A stretch of DNA of 64,000 bases, taken from contig JAPETS010000024.1 in assembly GCA_026023565.1 (NCBI GenBank), positions 248,001 through 312,000 on the forward strand, read 5' to 3'. Both the position numbers and the translations under genes were made by a program. Positions 38,648-52,158 of the stretch are shown here, in pieces; positions within the stretch are counted from its first letter, which is position 1; every line of letters begins with the position of its first letter. The stretch comes from Cirrosporium novae-zelandiae (Eukaryota). Under the pieces are notes generated by a model. The model worked only from the letters and a program-made list of their open reading frames with translations, was not told where the DNA came from and made no database searches.

Positions 38648-40855
38648 CTAGATATTCGGACTTAGCTGGTCATACTTGACACATCTCTCGACCTGCATCC
38701 ATGAGAAGTTAGAAAGAAAATTTCATCAACAAGTTGTAATTTTGATTTGAGGCTGACTCTGGATTGGATTGTACTCACGCTCTCAACCGAAACCTGGAAT
38801 AGCCCTCTAGCCTCCAATCCAACCCATACCTTCAGCAAGGAAACATCTCCCGCCCTTACGCTCTTTAGTAGAGACGTGCCGCTGGCTTGTGTGCCTAGTT
38901 CTCTTAGAATCGGCAATGCGCTCTTGAGTAGGTCCAGGTTCGGGTCGAGGCCCCGGCCGATTCCCTCTAGTAGCAGAATGCTAATGACTACATTGACAAA
39001 GTCTCCTTCGAGGCGGACATGATGACCGCGAACCATGCTCAGGACCTCATTCAGCACATCACCGATTTTGATGTTACCGAGCGAGAATGTCCGACTCTTG
39101 ACACCGAGAACTAGATGTTGCATTTTGAGTGCAAAGATCTCGGAGTCAATTACGACATCGGGTTGACGGCAGCGTTCGACCATTAGCTGGCCGGCCCTGT
39201 AACCATCAAATTCGGCGACGGCTTTGAAGAGGTCGAGGAAGTTTGTTCGATTTACGTTATTGAGTTGGGTAACGAGGCCGGTGTCGATGAATATGAGTTG
39301 CGGTCGGTAGCCTTCGTAGTCTAGTTTTGCCAGTTCGGATACCCATTCCGTAGGTTTGTGGCGATGGGGACGGAGACGCTGGAGGACTTCCTCGGTGGGA
39401 TCATCCGGGTCGCGATGGTGTTCTTCGGACTCTCGCCGCCGAGAGAGGGTTAGTTGTAGCTGTTCTGGCTTGTAGAATCGTACCATAATATTTCCGGGAT
39501 GCAGGTCTGCGTGAATGAAGTTGTCAATCAAAAGCATGCGAAGGAAAGCGTCTAGACCTTCGTCAGCAATTTCCTCCTGGTAGACTCCACCCCCGTTTTC
39601 GAGAAACGTAGCCAGAGGGATGCCTTGAGCGAATTCCTCGATTAGAACTTGACGAGTTGTATAGTCGGTGTATGGATATGGAAACCAAGCAGTCGTGCGA
39701 TCCATGAAATGTTTCCGAAACATAGTCAAGTTTGCAGCTTCAATTCTTAGGTCTAGTTGAAGACGCATCATTTCGCCAAACTGGGTCACCTCATCTGGCA
39801 AGGAGAGCCATTCCATGGTTGGAATGGCATTCAGAACTGAAGCGAAGAATCCCATGATTTTGAGATCACGTCTAACTACACGTTCAACCCTAGGATGCAG
39901 AACCTTAACAGCGACATAAGTGGAGGGAACACGTTGAGGGGTGCTCTTGACCAAAACATCCACGTTTTTCTTAACCGTTTCACGGAAATTTCTAGGTCTT
40001 GCGATGTCAACATCCCCTGGGACAGCAAGGTCGGGCATGAGCTTCGCCTTATAGACTTGTGCTATTGCGCCCACGCCCAAGGGCACTTCCTGGAACTCTG
40101 AGAATATCTGGTCAAATGGACGCCCGTCAAATGCTCTTTCCACAATCTGCCTTGTAGCCGATAATGAATGCGCTGGAGCGTTCGAGTGTAGAGAAGACAT
40201 GATATTGCACATCTCTTGCGGGAATATGTCTGATCGTGATGCGGCCCATTGTCCGAGCTATGTAATAAGAATCAGCCATTGGCTTTGCATAATTATAAGG
40301 AGGGATAAATTATAACCATACCTTGATGAAGGCTGGGCCTGCTTGTTCCATAGCCTTCACTAGGAACTTATACCACCAAAGCGTGCCCATTCGTTCATTG
40401 TCTTTTTTCTTTTGTCGAGGGCCGAAGTAAATGGCTGGAACCGTCACAATGACAGGTACGAAGATAACAACCAGGTGAAGAAATCTCAACGCGGTAGCCA
40501 GCGGTTCATATAAATACAAATCCAAAAGCAAATAAAATTTCCTTAAAGCTCTTTTTGGGCCTGTGAGATGCTCTGGCACAGACTTCTGAACCTCTTTACG
40601 AGAGGCCTCGAGCATTTGCTCCTCCCCTGTTTTACCGTCGCCATTGTTTTCTTCGCTCAATTGTACAAACGCTAAAGGACTAAGCCCACTTAAAAGAACT
40701 TTATAAGACTTCGAAGATCTTGGAGGAAAATGCGAGAAGTTGAAGCTTCGCGCGTTGATTGGGAGTCGAAGGCAGTACGATCGAGGGAAAGACCTGAAGC
40801 TTGTCTGGGATGCCCGGCGAAGACATAGGCGGCCGAAGAGGAAGGCCGTCCTCAT
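38648..40855 (-). CDS. Mitochondrial ABC1/UbiB atypical kinase (ADCK2/Cqd1-like)
   Basis: Mitochondrial presequence, AGPAFIK|LGQWAASRSDIFP (KxGQ), GVGAIAQVY, VAVKVLHP, IHADLHPGN, IDTGL. Ends VERCVKYDQLSPNI*. Confidence 0.93.
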
Positions 40856-41477
40856 GGTATAATTTAAACTATATCATCTACTGTCATATTCTAGTCGTGA
40901 ATTGATTCATGACAGAAAAGGTACACTTTAAAGGTATCATGTTGTGTATGGGTTGAGTTAGAAGAGTCTGTAGTCCGGCCCAGTACAAAGATGGGCGTCG
41001 ACGTCATACTCCTAATCCCGCTCTAACCCGTTCTGACCCGAAGTCCTGCTTTCACATGCCTGACATAATTACTTCACCTAAGCGCTCCTTCAGTTGAAGA
41101 CATGTTGTCAGATATATCATGGTTCTATATGCTACCTAGGTATATATTAAATCAAAAGCATTCTGTTCATTTGTCATGTTGTGGAGTGATGCACTTCACT
41201 TCTAGATAATTAATAAAAATATAAAAAGGCTCTGGATTTAGAGCTGCTACAGAATAAAACAAACATGACCATAACATTTCCGCATCTATCGTATATTCAT
41301 GATTTCCATTTATACACTACATATTGTTAGACTTTAAACACCCCCGTTATTATTTTTTCAAACTTTCATTGATCTCGGCGGGCTTTTAAAACACCTACGA
41401 GAGCTAATAGGAGTAAATTAATTGTCGTTATCCTCCATGCCAGGAAGCCATCTCCGTCTCATCCCTGTCCACCTCAT

Positions 41478-41702
41478 TCAAACATCAACATTTGTCTTAT
41501 TAGCCTCTATCCTCTCCATCCTCTCTTTCATTTCCTTCTTATCCAGTGTCCATTGGCGGATATAAAAGCCAATAATAAACACAATCGTAATACCGGTAAG
41601 GATAAGCACGATGATGATTCCCGGGGATTTGTCAGCGAGGGTGCTATGGGTGGCAATCGTGTGGGAGTGCGCAAGGCCACCTAATAATGGTCCAGCTTCC
41701 AT
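41478..41702 (-). CDS. Small single-pass membrane protein (74 aa), hypothetical
   Basis: ACAATG start context, one hydrophobic helix (GIIIVLILTGITIVFIIGFYI), then a charged tail (KKEMKERMERIE). Confidence 0.5.
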   Translation of the reverse strand: MEAGPLLGGLAHSHTIATHSTLADKSPGIIIVLILTGITIVFIIGFYIRQWTLDKKEMKERMERIEANKTNVDV

Positions 41703-42218
41703 TGTTGTAATATCGTGAGAGCTATGGTTTGGTTGGCTCTGGTAGTTGGGCCGTGGCACAGTAGTAAATATGACCCTAGAGATGAGGGTTGGTTTTAGTC
41801 GGGGGTGATTAGCAAGGAAGCGGGACGTTCACTTCGTGTGAGATGCTATGCTAAGCAATTAGGTACGCTTGAAGTTGAGTCTCTGTTAATATGAGGTGTG
41901 GAAAGAATAATTTAGGTATGTTTATTCATATATATGCGTTGTGCGGGAGGTAGTTGGTAAGACTTTAAGTTGCATCTGTTATGTGGTCTGAATACAAACT
42001 TCAGGAAGGCACAGCGAGGAAATACATGAAATAAACTGCAAAGGAATTTGGAATGTGCGTAGAATTTATATAAGGGAAGGTGTGCTCTACCACTGGCCCA
42101 GGCTTCGCTGAGCACGCCCATCTACCACTAAAATTGGGTATGTTCCCAAATTTCCCAAGCCAAAGAAAATACTTCACCTAAAGCACTCATCGAACCCTTG
42201 AAATCCAAATTTGTTAAT

Positions 42219-43701
42219 TTAGTTATGGATCACGGCATGGAGACCAGGTAGAATCTCCAAATCCTTTTCTTTGTAGATGTATTTGCCATCTGGGGTAATT
42301 TTTTGGACGTCAACTTTGCGCTGCTGTTGGGTTTGGCGCAATTTCACCCATTGTTCGGTGGTCAAGGGCGTTTCGAGATTGGTGAAGTCATTGGTTCTGA
42401 GATTCAGACGGTTTAAGACGGGGCTGTTGGTTATGGGTGAGAGGATTACATTGTTGTTTGGTCTTGATGAGAATCGATAAGTTTGACAACACTCAAGGAT
42501 AACAGATAGGGTTCGACTTACCGAGCAAAGTACAACACTCCAAGTCTGTCGATATGTGCCTGATCCGGTGGTGGAGCGTGAACTCTATGAACACTTGATT
42601 TAAAGTAACCTCCTGTCAGCGCCGATAAGGCATCACAGATGTTGATGGTAATGGTAGCGTCTTGTGGCTTCACCCACTTCCACTCGTTATCTGAGTTCAG
42701 AATCTGAAGCGCTGCCACGGGTTGTCTAAAGAGAAGGGTCACTGTGCCTAGGTCTGTGTGGCCTGGACTGTACAGTTCCCCAACCTTCTTATTCTCTTCT
42801 GGGGTACGGTGACCATAAAACATGTATCGTAGATGATCTTCTCCCCTCTCGTTGTAGAAATGGTCTTTTACTAGTTGCTCTTCGTCGGGCAACTCGAGGA
42901 CAACGGCAAATATGCGGAGGAGCTTAAGAACAACTTCTTCATGGATTTTCTAGGTCATCGATCAGTAAAGAGTTCAACTCGCAATAGGGGTCCCAATAAG
43001 CCAATCTAGGTTAGGCTTCCTGGCCTGGAGGAGAGTAACAGAAGGAGAAACTAATTTCTCGGACATTTAGGCAGACAAAACTTACACGCTGAAATGCCTC
43101 TATCTCATCAATGTGATCTTGGAGGACCTTTGGTTGTTTCCTCTCATGGAATCCATCAAATTTTGGAATGTTGTATACTTCCACATTGTCATAGATATCA
43201 TCAACCAATCTGAGGAGGGGTGATCAGCTTCGGGAAAGCCTGTGGGCTAGAAAGAGATAGCTCACCTGCGATGCCCAGCAGGGCGATATCCATTATAGTT
43301 GCCACTTTCTAGGGCCGCCCATGAATGGAACTTTAGCTTCTCTGATAATGGCAGGCTATAAAATTCTCTTCCTAGAGCGAATTGATGGTCTACCTCCTCT
43401 TGACTAAGACCAAAGTTCTTCACATAAAAAAAACCTTTCTTGATTTTAGAAATGTCTCATTACGCTTCTGATGATTCACTAACCGACATGATGAACAGCA
43501 TGCTCAAGCTTCTTGGCAAGTTCTTGCTTGCCGCCAGGCTTATCCCATAGCCCAAGATCTAATGTGACCAGCTCCGCCCAGTCAACTGTAAGAAAAATAA
43601 GTCTTATTGTCAAATATCAATTGAAGTGGTATTGACTGACGGTCCTCTTTGGTCTCCGGGACCTGCTCATAAGGGGAAAGCTCATGTATTGCGGATGGCA
43701 T
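42219..43701 (-). CDS. 2-oxoglutarate/Fe(II) oxygenase (IPNS/DIOX_N family)
   Basis: PETKEDL|DWAELVTLDL...GFFYVKNFG, GHTDLGTVTLLFRQPVAALQI (HxD), SSVHRV (distal His), RLGVLYFAR. Multi-exon. Confidence 0.9.
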
Positions 43702-46087
43702 TTTCAGCGGTCTTGATAGTAGATAATGGAGGTGTTAAAATGATTGTTCTAATTCGAGATAAGCCAAATATTGGCTTGAGTAAAAGCATAGAAAGGAAAT
43801 TTTCTCGATATATATGGTATGCTTGCCCCGCTTTCGAGGGGCCTACTCTTATCACTCATGAACTGCCGCTCCCTGAAAAAGGCTCTAAATAGAAAGAGGA
43901 AATTTTCTTGACGATAATGGTTTAATCAGCAACGCAATTGCAAGAGATAGCTTTAATGATATCACCGGCCCTGCATGCAAGTAAAACATAGGAAGTTGAT
44001 GAAGCTGAAGGCAGACGTGGGGTAATATTGGGGCCTTGCCATCCTTTGCAACTCCCGATAGCAATATCAGATCTCCGCTTTTTGATGAAGTTATTGTCAA
44101 CGAACAAAAAACATGATTCATTTGCTGCATATCGTATTATCAAATGTAGGGATGGGGTTGCGTGCTCGGACATCGTAATCCTGCATGAGCCAGCGTTCCC
44201 TCATTTTGAAAGTCCATTGATACTGATTGTACCGAGATTGCAAAGTCAAAATCTGGGCTCGGATATTCGGCCTATACTTCTTGAATCGCTACCTGTAACT
44301 TCGTTAAGATGTGCCGTCCATTCCGCATAATTGATGGTCATGGTTGGGAAGATTAGGCTCTTAAGAGGTTACTAGAAGCGCTTGAGTAGGTTTATCAAGT
44401 ATTTTAGAGATAATGGAATTCCTCTTGACTCCACTATTTTGATTATTTGGATAAGAGATGGGAACTGAAACTTTGAATGTTGATTACTGGTAGAAGGCCG
44501 TTGGTTTAGAAAATGTGCAAGATGTTAGTCTAACGAAAGTGCAAGTACATGTTGACAAAGAAGGTTCATATTCATGCCTGAGGCTAACTTGCTTATCCTT
44601 ATTTTTTACCTACCGAGTTCTCCAACTCCTATTCCATTACATTTCTTATACCTCTCATCTCGGTCCAGAGATAACATCTCAAAATCCAGTGTGTGAAAAA
44701 TAGGATTCGGATGAAGTTCTCAATGGAATAACCGATAAGCCTACCAACTTGTGATTAGCCCGAACATACCTTGAATCCAGGAATAATATTACAGGTACAT
44801 AAAGAAAAATTAGGAGCTTCAATTCAGAAGGGATAGACTCTATGAAGCTAGCCTCCGGAAAAAATATGGGATCAAACCAGCATTGCAATCGCCGAGTTGT
44901 ATATGAAACGTACAACATTGAGAAGTTAAGCTTCCCGAAGAGATGGTAGCAGACAACGTATGGGAATGAGCGACTTATGATATAAAACCAGGACTTAAGA
45001 AACTAAACTTAAGGCTCACGATAGTAGAAAATGGGAATCTCATCGAAACCGCAATATCATTCAACCTTACAACATTAGACCTCCATACCACTATATCGTC
45101 ACTTCAGTGAAAAGGTGAAAACTAAGTAGGTATATAGGGGGTGCCTGACTCTGGAGACCTTGAAATTCTGTTGATATCCGAATCCTAAACACGCAGTACA
45201 ATACAACTCAGCTATCGGTTTTGCTTGCAGCATCCCTCTACGTTGCTCTCGGTGCTTGAGATGCAAGTAATCCTGGTAGTAAGCTTGCTACTCCGCCGAT
45301 TGTCTCATAAATCGCTCCTGAACTACATTAAGAGCGCCGAATCCCTTATGTTTCATGGTAGAGGTATTAAGAATATGAAACGTTTCATTGTTCTTGAGAA
45401 CGAAACACGTTGAATGTTGTATAATTCCCATTCGACCAGCTTCTATGTTTGGTGCTAACAAGTATTTTATTGTAGTAAATGCCGGGTTATGAATGGTGTA
45501 TCTAGTATACAAGATACCTTCGACCTTTATTATATTATAACATGCACGATTACTAACTAGGGGGTTTCGTGACTTTATACATACTTCATTGTGACTGGCA
45601 ATAGATAACAACATACATATTCTAACACCACTTAATTTTTCCTTGACGATAGTTGCTTGTGAAGATAGGATTTTGTTTCTTTGCCTTGCCTAGCCTTTAC
45701 ATGGTCCAGCGCCCTTCGTCATCTTTTGTTCATTCTATCACTACCCCAACCTCATGATAAGACTAGAGCCTAGCTCACATTTATGCTGGTACATTATGGC
45801 ACCTAAGTTCACATTTCAAAAGTTGGTTGGTTGGCTAAGAATTAGTCTTATTTTCTGGATAGCAAACCACCATATCATTATCTTCTATTTGTCTCCTATC
45901 AATTCCTGGTTTAATATATGACTAGCTTATATACGGCAATGCATCATAATATTCTTATTTATATCTCCAGAAGTAGCTAGGCAGCAACTATCTCTATCAC
46001 CTTCCCTTCTCTGAGTTATGTCTAAGGATTTAATATGGATACAATTGCATCAATTCTTTATTAGTCTTAAAATTCACTATTTCCTAT

Positions 46088-46680
46088 CTCAAGTTAATCG
46101 GTACGACAACTGCATTTATGCACCACAGTGGTGTTGAAGCCGAATTTGTCGTTAGCTGTACATGGCTTCTTGCTGTCAGTCATGGTGGTATAGAAGACAA
46201 GAAGGGTTTTCCAATAAGAGGCCAGACTATCGTTGTCCGTAATGATCCAGGTTACATAATGGCTATAGCAGGACTAGATGGGAGGAACGAAGGGTACATC
46301 CATATGATGCAGCGGGCTGCGGACGAGTTACTCTCCATAATTTACAATCATTAAAGATTGACCCCGCTCACGATCTAATTGCTTTTTTCGTAGATGATGG
46401 CACTTTTTAGGCGGCACCTTCGAACCTAACAACTGAGAGTCCCAACTAGACCCGATTATGGTTAGTATCATGAAACGCTGCGTTGATTTCAATCACGTTC
46501 TCACGAAGGGTAAAGGTATTAAGAGCTTACGCATCATGTGACACAATGTAGGGTTTCATCCTGCGTGTGTCGGTGGTATCAGAATCGAGGCTCAAGCAAT
46601 CGGGTCCTTCAAGGCGGTACATAACTATAGGCATGGTGGTGAGGGTTACCCGACATGTTATAGATGTGCATATCAAGACT
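46088..46680 (+). pseudogene. D-amino acid oxidase pseudogene (3' half only)
   Basis: HHSG...VVSCT...GGIEDK...PIRGQTIVVRN...MMQRAA, then GGTF...NN*ESQLDP...IMKRCV...IM*HNVGFHP...GGIRIE...VHNYRHGGEGY...CA. Stops at 46434 and 46539, a 1-nt frameshift near 46408, and a degenerate splice donor. Confidence 0.88.
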
Positions 46681-47440
46681 AGGCTAGCGCAAGAATCTCT
46701 TGTGGTGACAGTTTAAAAGAAACAGAACGATGATAACGAGACTCTAGAAAAAATGTAAAATATTTACACTCAAAATCCTCTCACTAGGATATTGTTTCGT
46801 TTGCTGCCTGCAATGGTAAGGGGTCAAAAGATAATTTTCAAGTAGATATTCCAAAAAGAAATTTTGGAATATAATACACTAAAGGAAATGATTAGATATA
46901 ACGTAAAGACACGTTTAAGCTCAAAAATTTCAAGAACGTAAGCAGTTGTATATAGTCCAATAATTAATTAATACGAGCCTGCTAAAAGGTAGATATGATG
47001 TTGAAATGTGCTGTGTACCTAGGTACCTAGGCAGTTATGCTATGCGGTCGGAAACGCAAGGAGGCCATCAGTTTCACTAGTAGCATCTTGGCATAGCAGA
47101 AGAATATTTGAGCCGTAAATTCGTCCGTCTTCGTTATTTATTATTCTTCCGTAGAAAGTGTTTCGTGTATCGTCATGCATTTCTTGAGAGACCATGTCTA
47201 GTCGGATAGAAAGTCCGAAGAACCTAATTAGATCTTCGTATTTAAGTCTTAAGCCCGGAGAATGGAGCTACACCACTTGCTCGATGGCGATGTTTGGCCG
47301 ATTCATTTGGAATATTTGAAGCGAGGTCCCATCCCTCGATGAAGGGACAAATCCAAGCTTTCTTTCTTCTGACACGCCTTTAGTTGACCATTTCCACAGT
47401 CCGGATATCAACAGAATATCAATTATCACCCCTATACATT

Positions 47441-48532
47441 ATGTCTCTGCCCACTAGAACCCTAGGCCGTGGCGGTCCTAAGGTCACTGCGCTTGGATGT
47501 GGCCTGATGTCTCTTGGAGGAGCCTACGCGACTCAAGCTGAGACTGATGAAGAGCGTTTCAAATTCCTTGATCATGCTTACTCCCTCGGTGCCCTTTTAT
47601 GGGATACTGCAGATATATACGGCGACTGTGAAGATGTCCTTGGAAAATGGTTTAAGCAGAACCCCGAGAAACGTAAGAACATCTTTCTATGCACAAAATT
47701 TGGTATCAAGTCCCTATCAGGTACAGATTCTAGCCCGGAATACTGTAAGGAAGCATGTGCAAAGAGTTTAAAGAGGTTGGGAGTTGAGGGAATCGATCTA
47801 TATTATAACCACCGTGTGGATGGCAAAACGCCAATTGAAAAAACAGTAGAGGCTATGGTCAAGCTCAAGAACGAAGGAAAGATCAAATACCTAGGCCTCA
47901 GTGAGTGTTCATCGGAGACTCTTCGTCGTGCCTACAAGATCCATCCTATCTCGGCAGTCCAAATTGAATACAGTCCGTTCTCGATGGATATCGAAAATCC
48001 TAAGATTGGTCTTCTTAAGACATGTAGGGAACTTGGCGTTACGGTGATAGCATACAGTCCTCTTGGGCGAGGATTTCTCACCGGCACTGTTAAGACTCCT
48101 GATGACATTCAAGACCAATTCCGGAAAATGTCACCACGATTTAGTCCCGAGAATTTCCCAAAGAACTTAAAGCTCGTGGAGGAGGTCAAGACATTGGCAG
48201 ATAAAAAAGGCTGTACGCCAAGCCAATTGGTTTTGGCATGGCTTATGGCTCAAGGAGATGATATTATTCCGATCCCTGGAACAAGGAGGACCAAGTACCT
48301 GGAAGAGAATCTTGGTGCATTAAAGGTCAAATTGGCAGGCGATGAGAACAATTCACTTAGGAAGGCTGTTGATGCTGCAGAGGTCGGTGGTGACAGGTAT
48401 CCTGCAATGTAAGAAAATATTTCCTACCGAACTGCTGTGGGCTAACCTGATTGTCTTTCTAGGATGACAGAAAATTTGTTTGGTGATACTCCCGTCTTGT
48501 GGGAAATGATGACTCAACTGAGAAGGCTTTGA
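47441..48532 (+). CDS. Aldo-keto reductase (YakC/AKR13-like)
   Basis: LWDTADIYG, FLCTKFG, IDLYYNHRVD, GKIKYLGLSE, AYSPLGRG, IPIPGT. One 3' intron 48409-48462. Confidence 0.93.
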
Positions 48533-49632
48533 AAGGAGGTGAAAGAAGTGCAAAGATTTTGTAATATTTATCAGTAACAAAAATGTGAAATAGCTAAAAA
48601 TTTGTTCAATATATTCAAAGTTATGCACTAAATTATATTTCACTACTTTTCAACCTACCTAGGTACATAATCCTGTAGAATGCTCCTTCCGCTTTTGTAC
48701 TCCAAACTGCATTATTATTTTTCATGTGTAACCCATCATCATGATATTCTTCTTAACCTTTTAATGCTAGCATGTACTGCACAGTAATATGCCAGCACAC
48801 CAACCCGCATACTGCCATACTTAAATTTGAGGCAGTCTTCGCGGCATATCCTGTCTCACACTCTAGCAAAATAGTAGCTGTGGATATAGAAGGAGGGAAG
48901 GTCTTCACCTTTACGGCAAACAAGCCTCTTTCTCTCACTAATGCATTATGTTCCCCTAGAATGTCAATGTAGAACGATTCTTGGAGAATAGTGGCATTAT
49001 ATAATGCCTAGCTGTATTTCTACTATTTACTTAGTTTATAAATGATAAAGTAAATATATTATGTTTATTGGTTAATAGTCTTTGGTTATTAGTTGTTCTT
49101 ATTGCCACGGTGCTAAGTTAATGTTTACTTCACAAACTTTGTGCATAACTATCTAAAATATTAACTAATTAGTTGATTTATGTTTCCCCTCATAAACAAG
49201 CCACTGTCACAGTGATTAGAGATCTCTTTAATATTTCGTCTTCATTTTTAAATCCGCTTTTGCAATCGAAAGAAATTCTTGCTAAACTCATCTTTCTGTG
49301 CCTTGAATCTACTTGTTTCATATTCTGCTTATAATTTGTCAGAGAACGCTAATAGCCATTCAATTTTACCATTATAAATACAATTGGAAGTAACTACCCA
49401 CCCATGCATCGCTTCCAATTCAAGAGCCATTAGATTGCCACCACAACTAAGCTTATTATCTTGACTTGATTCCTTTTCGCCCCTGTTGATGCTACGTCAG
49501 AATTTGCTATTACTTCATTGCCCAAGAAAGGTATAGAATACTTGCTTGTCTACCAAGAATCCCAAGAGTGAAGGACTGTATTGGATTTACTCTACCGAGA
49601 ACAGTATATAAATTCCTACCGCTTTGTTCATA

Positions 49633-52158
49633 ATGTCCGTTTCGTCTTTTCCCCAAGATTCAACACCTTCTAGTGATTCATTAGCACTTAGAGTTGCTGA
49701 AGGATCGCTTCCTCAGAAAGGATCGCATATATTGCCTCTAGAGGAACAAGAAAAATTGGTGGTCCAATTACGGAATACTCTCCATTCTCAAGAACATCAA
49801 AATGAAACAAACTCGGCCCTCGACGACGGAGACCCTGCTACCGACCAAACCCGTCAAAATATGACTGTCATTCGCACCATCTTGGACCAACTTTGGGCGT
49901 CTAGCTCGAGCTCGTTAGCTGGCGTAGCGACGGAATTGGCAAATGCTAGCAGAGATCGTACGTTCTTCCCAGGGCTATCAGCGTGATAAAACAAAGTACT
50001 TTTTGTCTTTCAAGTCATGGTACCTTTAGTTAATTGCATACCCGCAAGAACCCCACAATCACCAACTAGCAATTTAGACATGTCTCAAGCCGCCATCTCT
50101 TCTCCTGATCCCGTTGAGATAATTTACTAACGATCTCCAAGCCCAATGGCGAAAACCATTTGGCAACGCAGGGATTCTGGATTTCTTCCTTGAAGTTATA
50201 GCTACAGACAAAGTACAGAACGACCTGGCGCTCCAGTCCTTGCGGGTGATTGGCAATTCATGTGCTGATATAGGTTCGAATCAAAAAATTCATTATATTT
50301 CGACCGTCCATCTAATATGTGTTGCAGACGAAAACAGGCAGAGAGTTATCTCTCGTCAGTCTGTTATACCGATAATATTTCGCTGCCGTGATCAGGCGTT
50401 AGTCCAGGTTGCTGTACCTGTGTTGTACAATATTTGCAATGACTATGGTAGGCTTCATCGCATTTAACTGCTGGTATATATTAGCTAAGTGCAGAAAAGA
50501 ACCGGCACACGAGCAAATAGCCCTCAACGGAGTCTATAATGTGCTTCTGCGCGTGCTTCAGACCAACCCGGAAATTAGTGATTCGCCCGTAGTCGAGTAT
50601 GTGTATAGATTGATGGAAATAGTTACTGCTCAACGTTCGTCTAGTTCTTGCATGATTCTATCTATATAAAAACCCTAATTTATCGTCTTCAGCACAATGG
50701 TTAGATCATTCTGCAGGCAACGCCGTTGAAGGCCTCCTAGAAGCTGTACAATGCAAGGATCTTGACCAGCTTGTCTCAATCAGCAACATCGTATGTGCAC
50801 ATCTCCGCAACGAGCGATTTCAAAAACTTGCCATCGACCATGACGCCGTTCAATTAGTTTGGAACTTCCTGGCTTCCACCTACTCCCAGAATTACCAAGA
50901 TGGATACATTGAAGACAAAAGCCGTGCTAGAAACAGTCAGCTTTCTTTTGTGCGGGTTTCTCTAACCGGCGTTCTGTCCGACATATCTTTCTTGCCCGAG
51001 TTTTCACAACACTATCCTCTTGACTCTGTGCTGATTGGGACTTTGCGTGAGTCACTCTCAAAATATGAAAAACAGCTCCAAATATGTGCTTGCATCATGC
51101 TAGGTAACATCTCTAGGTCAGATAGTATTTGCCAGAGGATGGTTGACGAGTTCCGTGTCCCAAATCTACTCCTTAAGATTATCCGGGAGAGTGATGACAG
51201 TGAACTCTTGTATGCTGCAACTTCCTTCCTTAAGAACCTTGCAATTCCCAAAAAAAACAAAGGCATTCTCTGTGCATGCGGGGTCATTGAAGACATGCCA
51301 CGCCTTTGGACATTTGAAACAGTTCCGCAACTTCAACTCACTGCCGTAGGATTAACTCGCCAATTAATAACTGGCGGTCCTGGTAATATTGGGCTACGTA
51401 TAGCTTTCTGGCTTCCAAACGATATGTCACAAATGAAGTATTTGGATCTTGGTGGAGGCCAGAACAAGGGCCAAAAGACTTATCTCACCCTCCTCTTGAC
51501 GCTTTTTCGTAAAACAGATGACCTCGCTATTAAGGTCGAGATTGGGCGTACTGTTACTGCCATCTTCCGTTGCCTGTATGCCAGTCCTGACAAACCTGTC
51601 GATGAGCTAGATGAACCCGGTGATATGATAAAACATATATTCCAACTTGATAAGGATGTGGCGGAACCCATCAAGGGAATGGTATTGCAGGACAAGTGGC
51701 CAGTAATCAGGAGTGAGGGCTGGTTCGCCCTCGGCCTCATCGCGAGGAGCGATGAAGGAACTTTGTCCTTGAGTGACTTACTGAGGGACGTATCATTGTT
51801 TAAGGCGCTGGAAGAAAGGGTTATGGGAGGTGGGGAGGAAGAGACAGCAGAACAAAAAGCCATGAAAGAGAAGGACCGAGATAATGCGTTGGTAATGTTG
51901 AAGGAGCTCTTAGAGAGACAGGCGGTAAGTTTTTTCAAGTTCGATTGAATCCCTTGAATATTGTTTATTCTACTCAGGCGTTTTGGAATGTCTATACGTT
52001 GCCATCTCTGAGCTTCATGATAGCTAACTTCTTTTGCAACCTAGAACCCAAACGTAATGCCAGAATCTTGTCGGAGTCTTTTCCAAGATTTACTCGAAGG
52101 CCGCTACCATGGTCTCAGTGACGAGGAGCTAAAAATTTCCTTGCAGGGGTCCACTTAA
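49633..52158 (+). CDS. Armadillo-repeat SmgGDS/Rap1GDS1-like GTPase-binding protein (Bem4/Arz1-like)
   Basis: Multi-exon gene. LANASRD|PQWRKPFGNAGIL, LRVIGNSCAD...ENR, VLYNICNDY, ACIMLGNISRSD, FLKNLAIP, RSEGWFALGL. Confidence 0.78.

Noticed and set aside
46434..46541. DAO TGA stops as A-to-I editing-restorable codons
   Set aside because: One TGA replaces a conserved Arg, and there is also a frameshift, a broken donor and no 5' half. Editing could not rescue the gene.
41478..48532. Secondary-metabolite cluster around the 2OG oxygenase, DAO relic and AKR
   Set aside because: No backbone enzyme (PKS, NRPS, terpene synthase, RiPP precursor), transporter or pathway regulator is present.
48753..48972. 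Overlapping short ORFs downstream of the AKR
   Set aside because: No recognisable protein motif in the frames I examined. They may be a relic, but I cannot support that.
49958..50140. Possible C/D snoRNA in the long first intron of the ARM gene
   Set aside because: Only a degenerate C box (GTGATAA) and one CTGA. No convincing terminal stem or recognisable rRNA guide.
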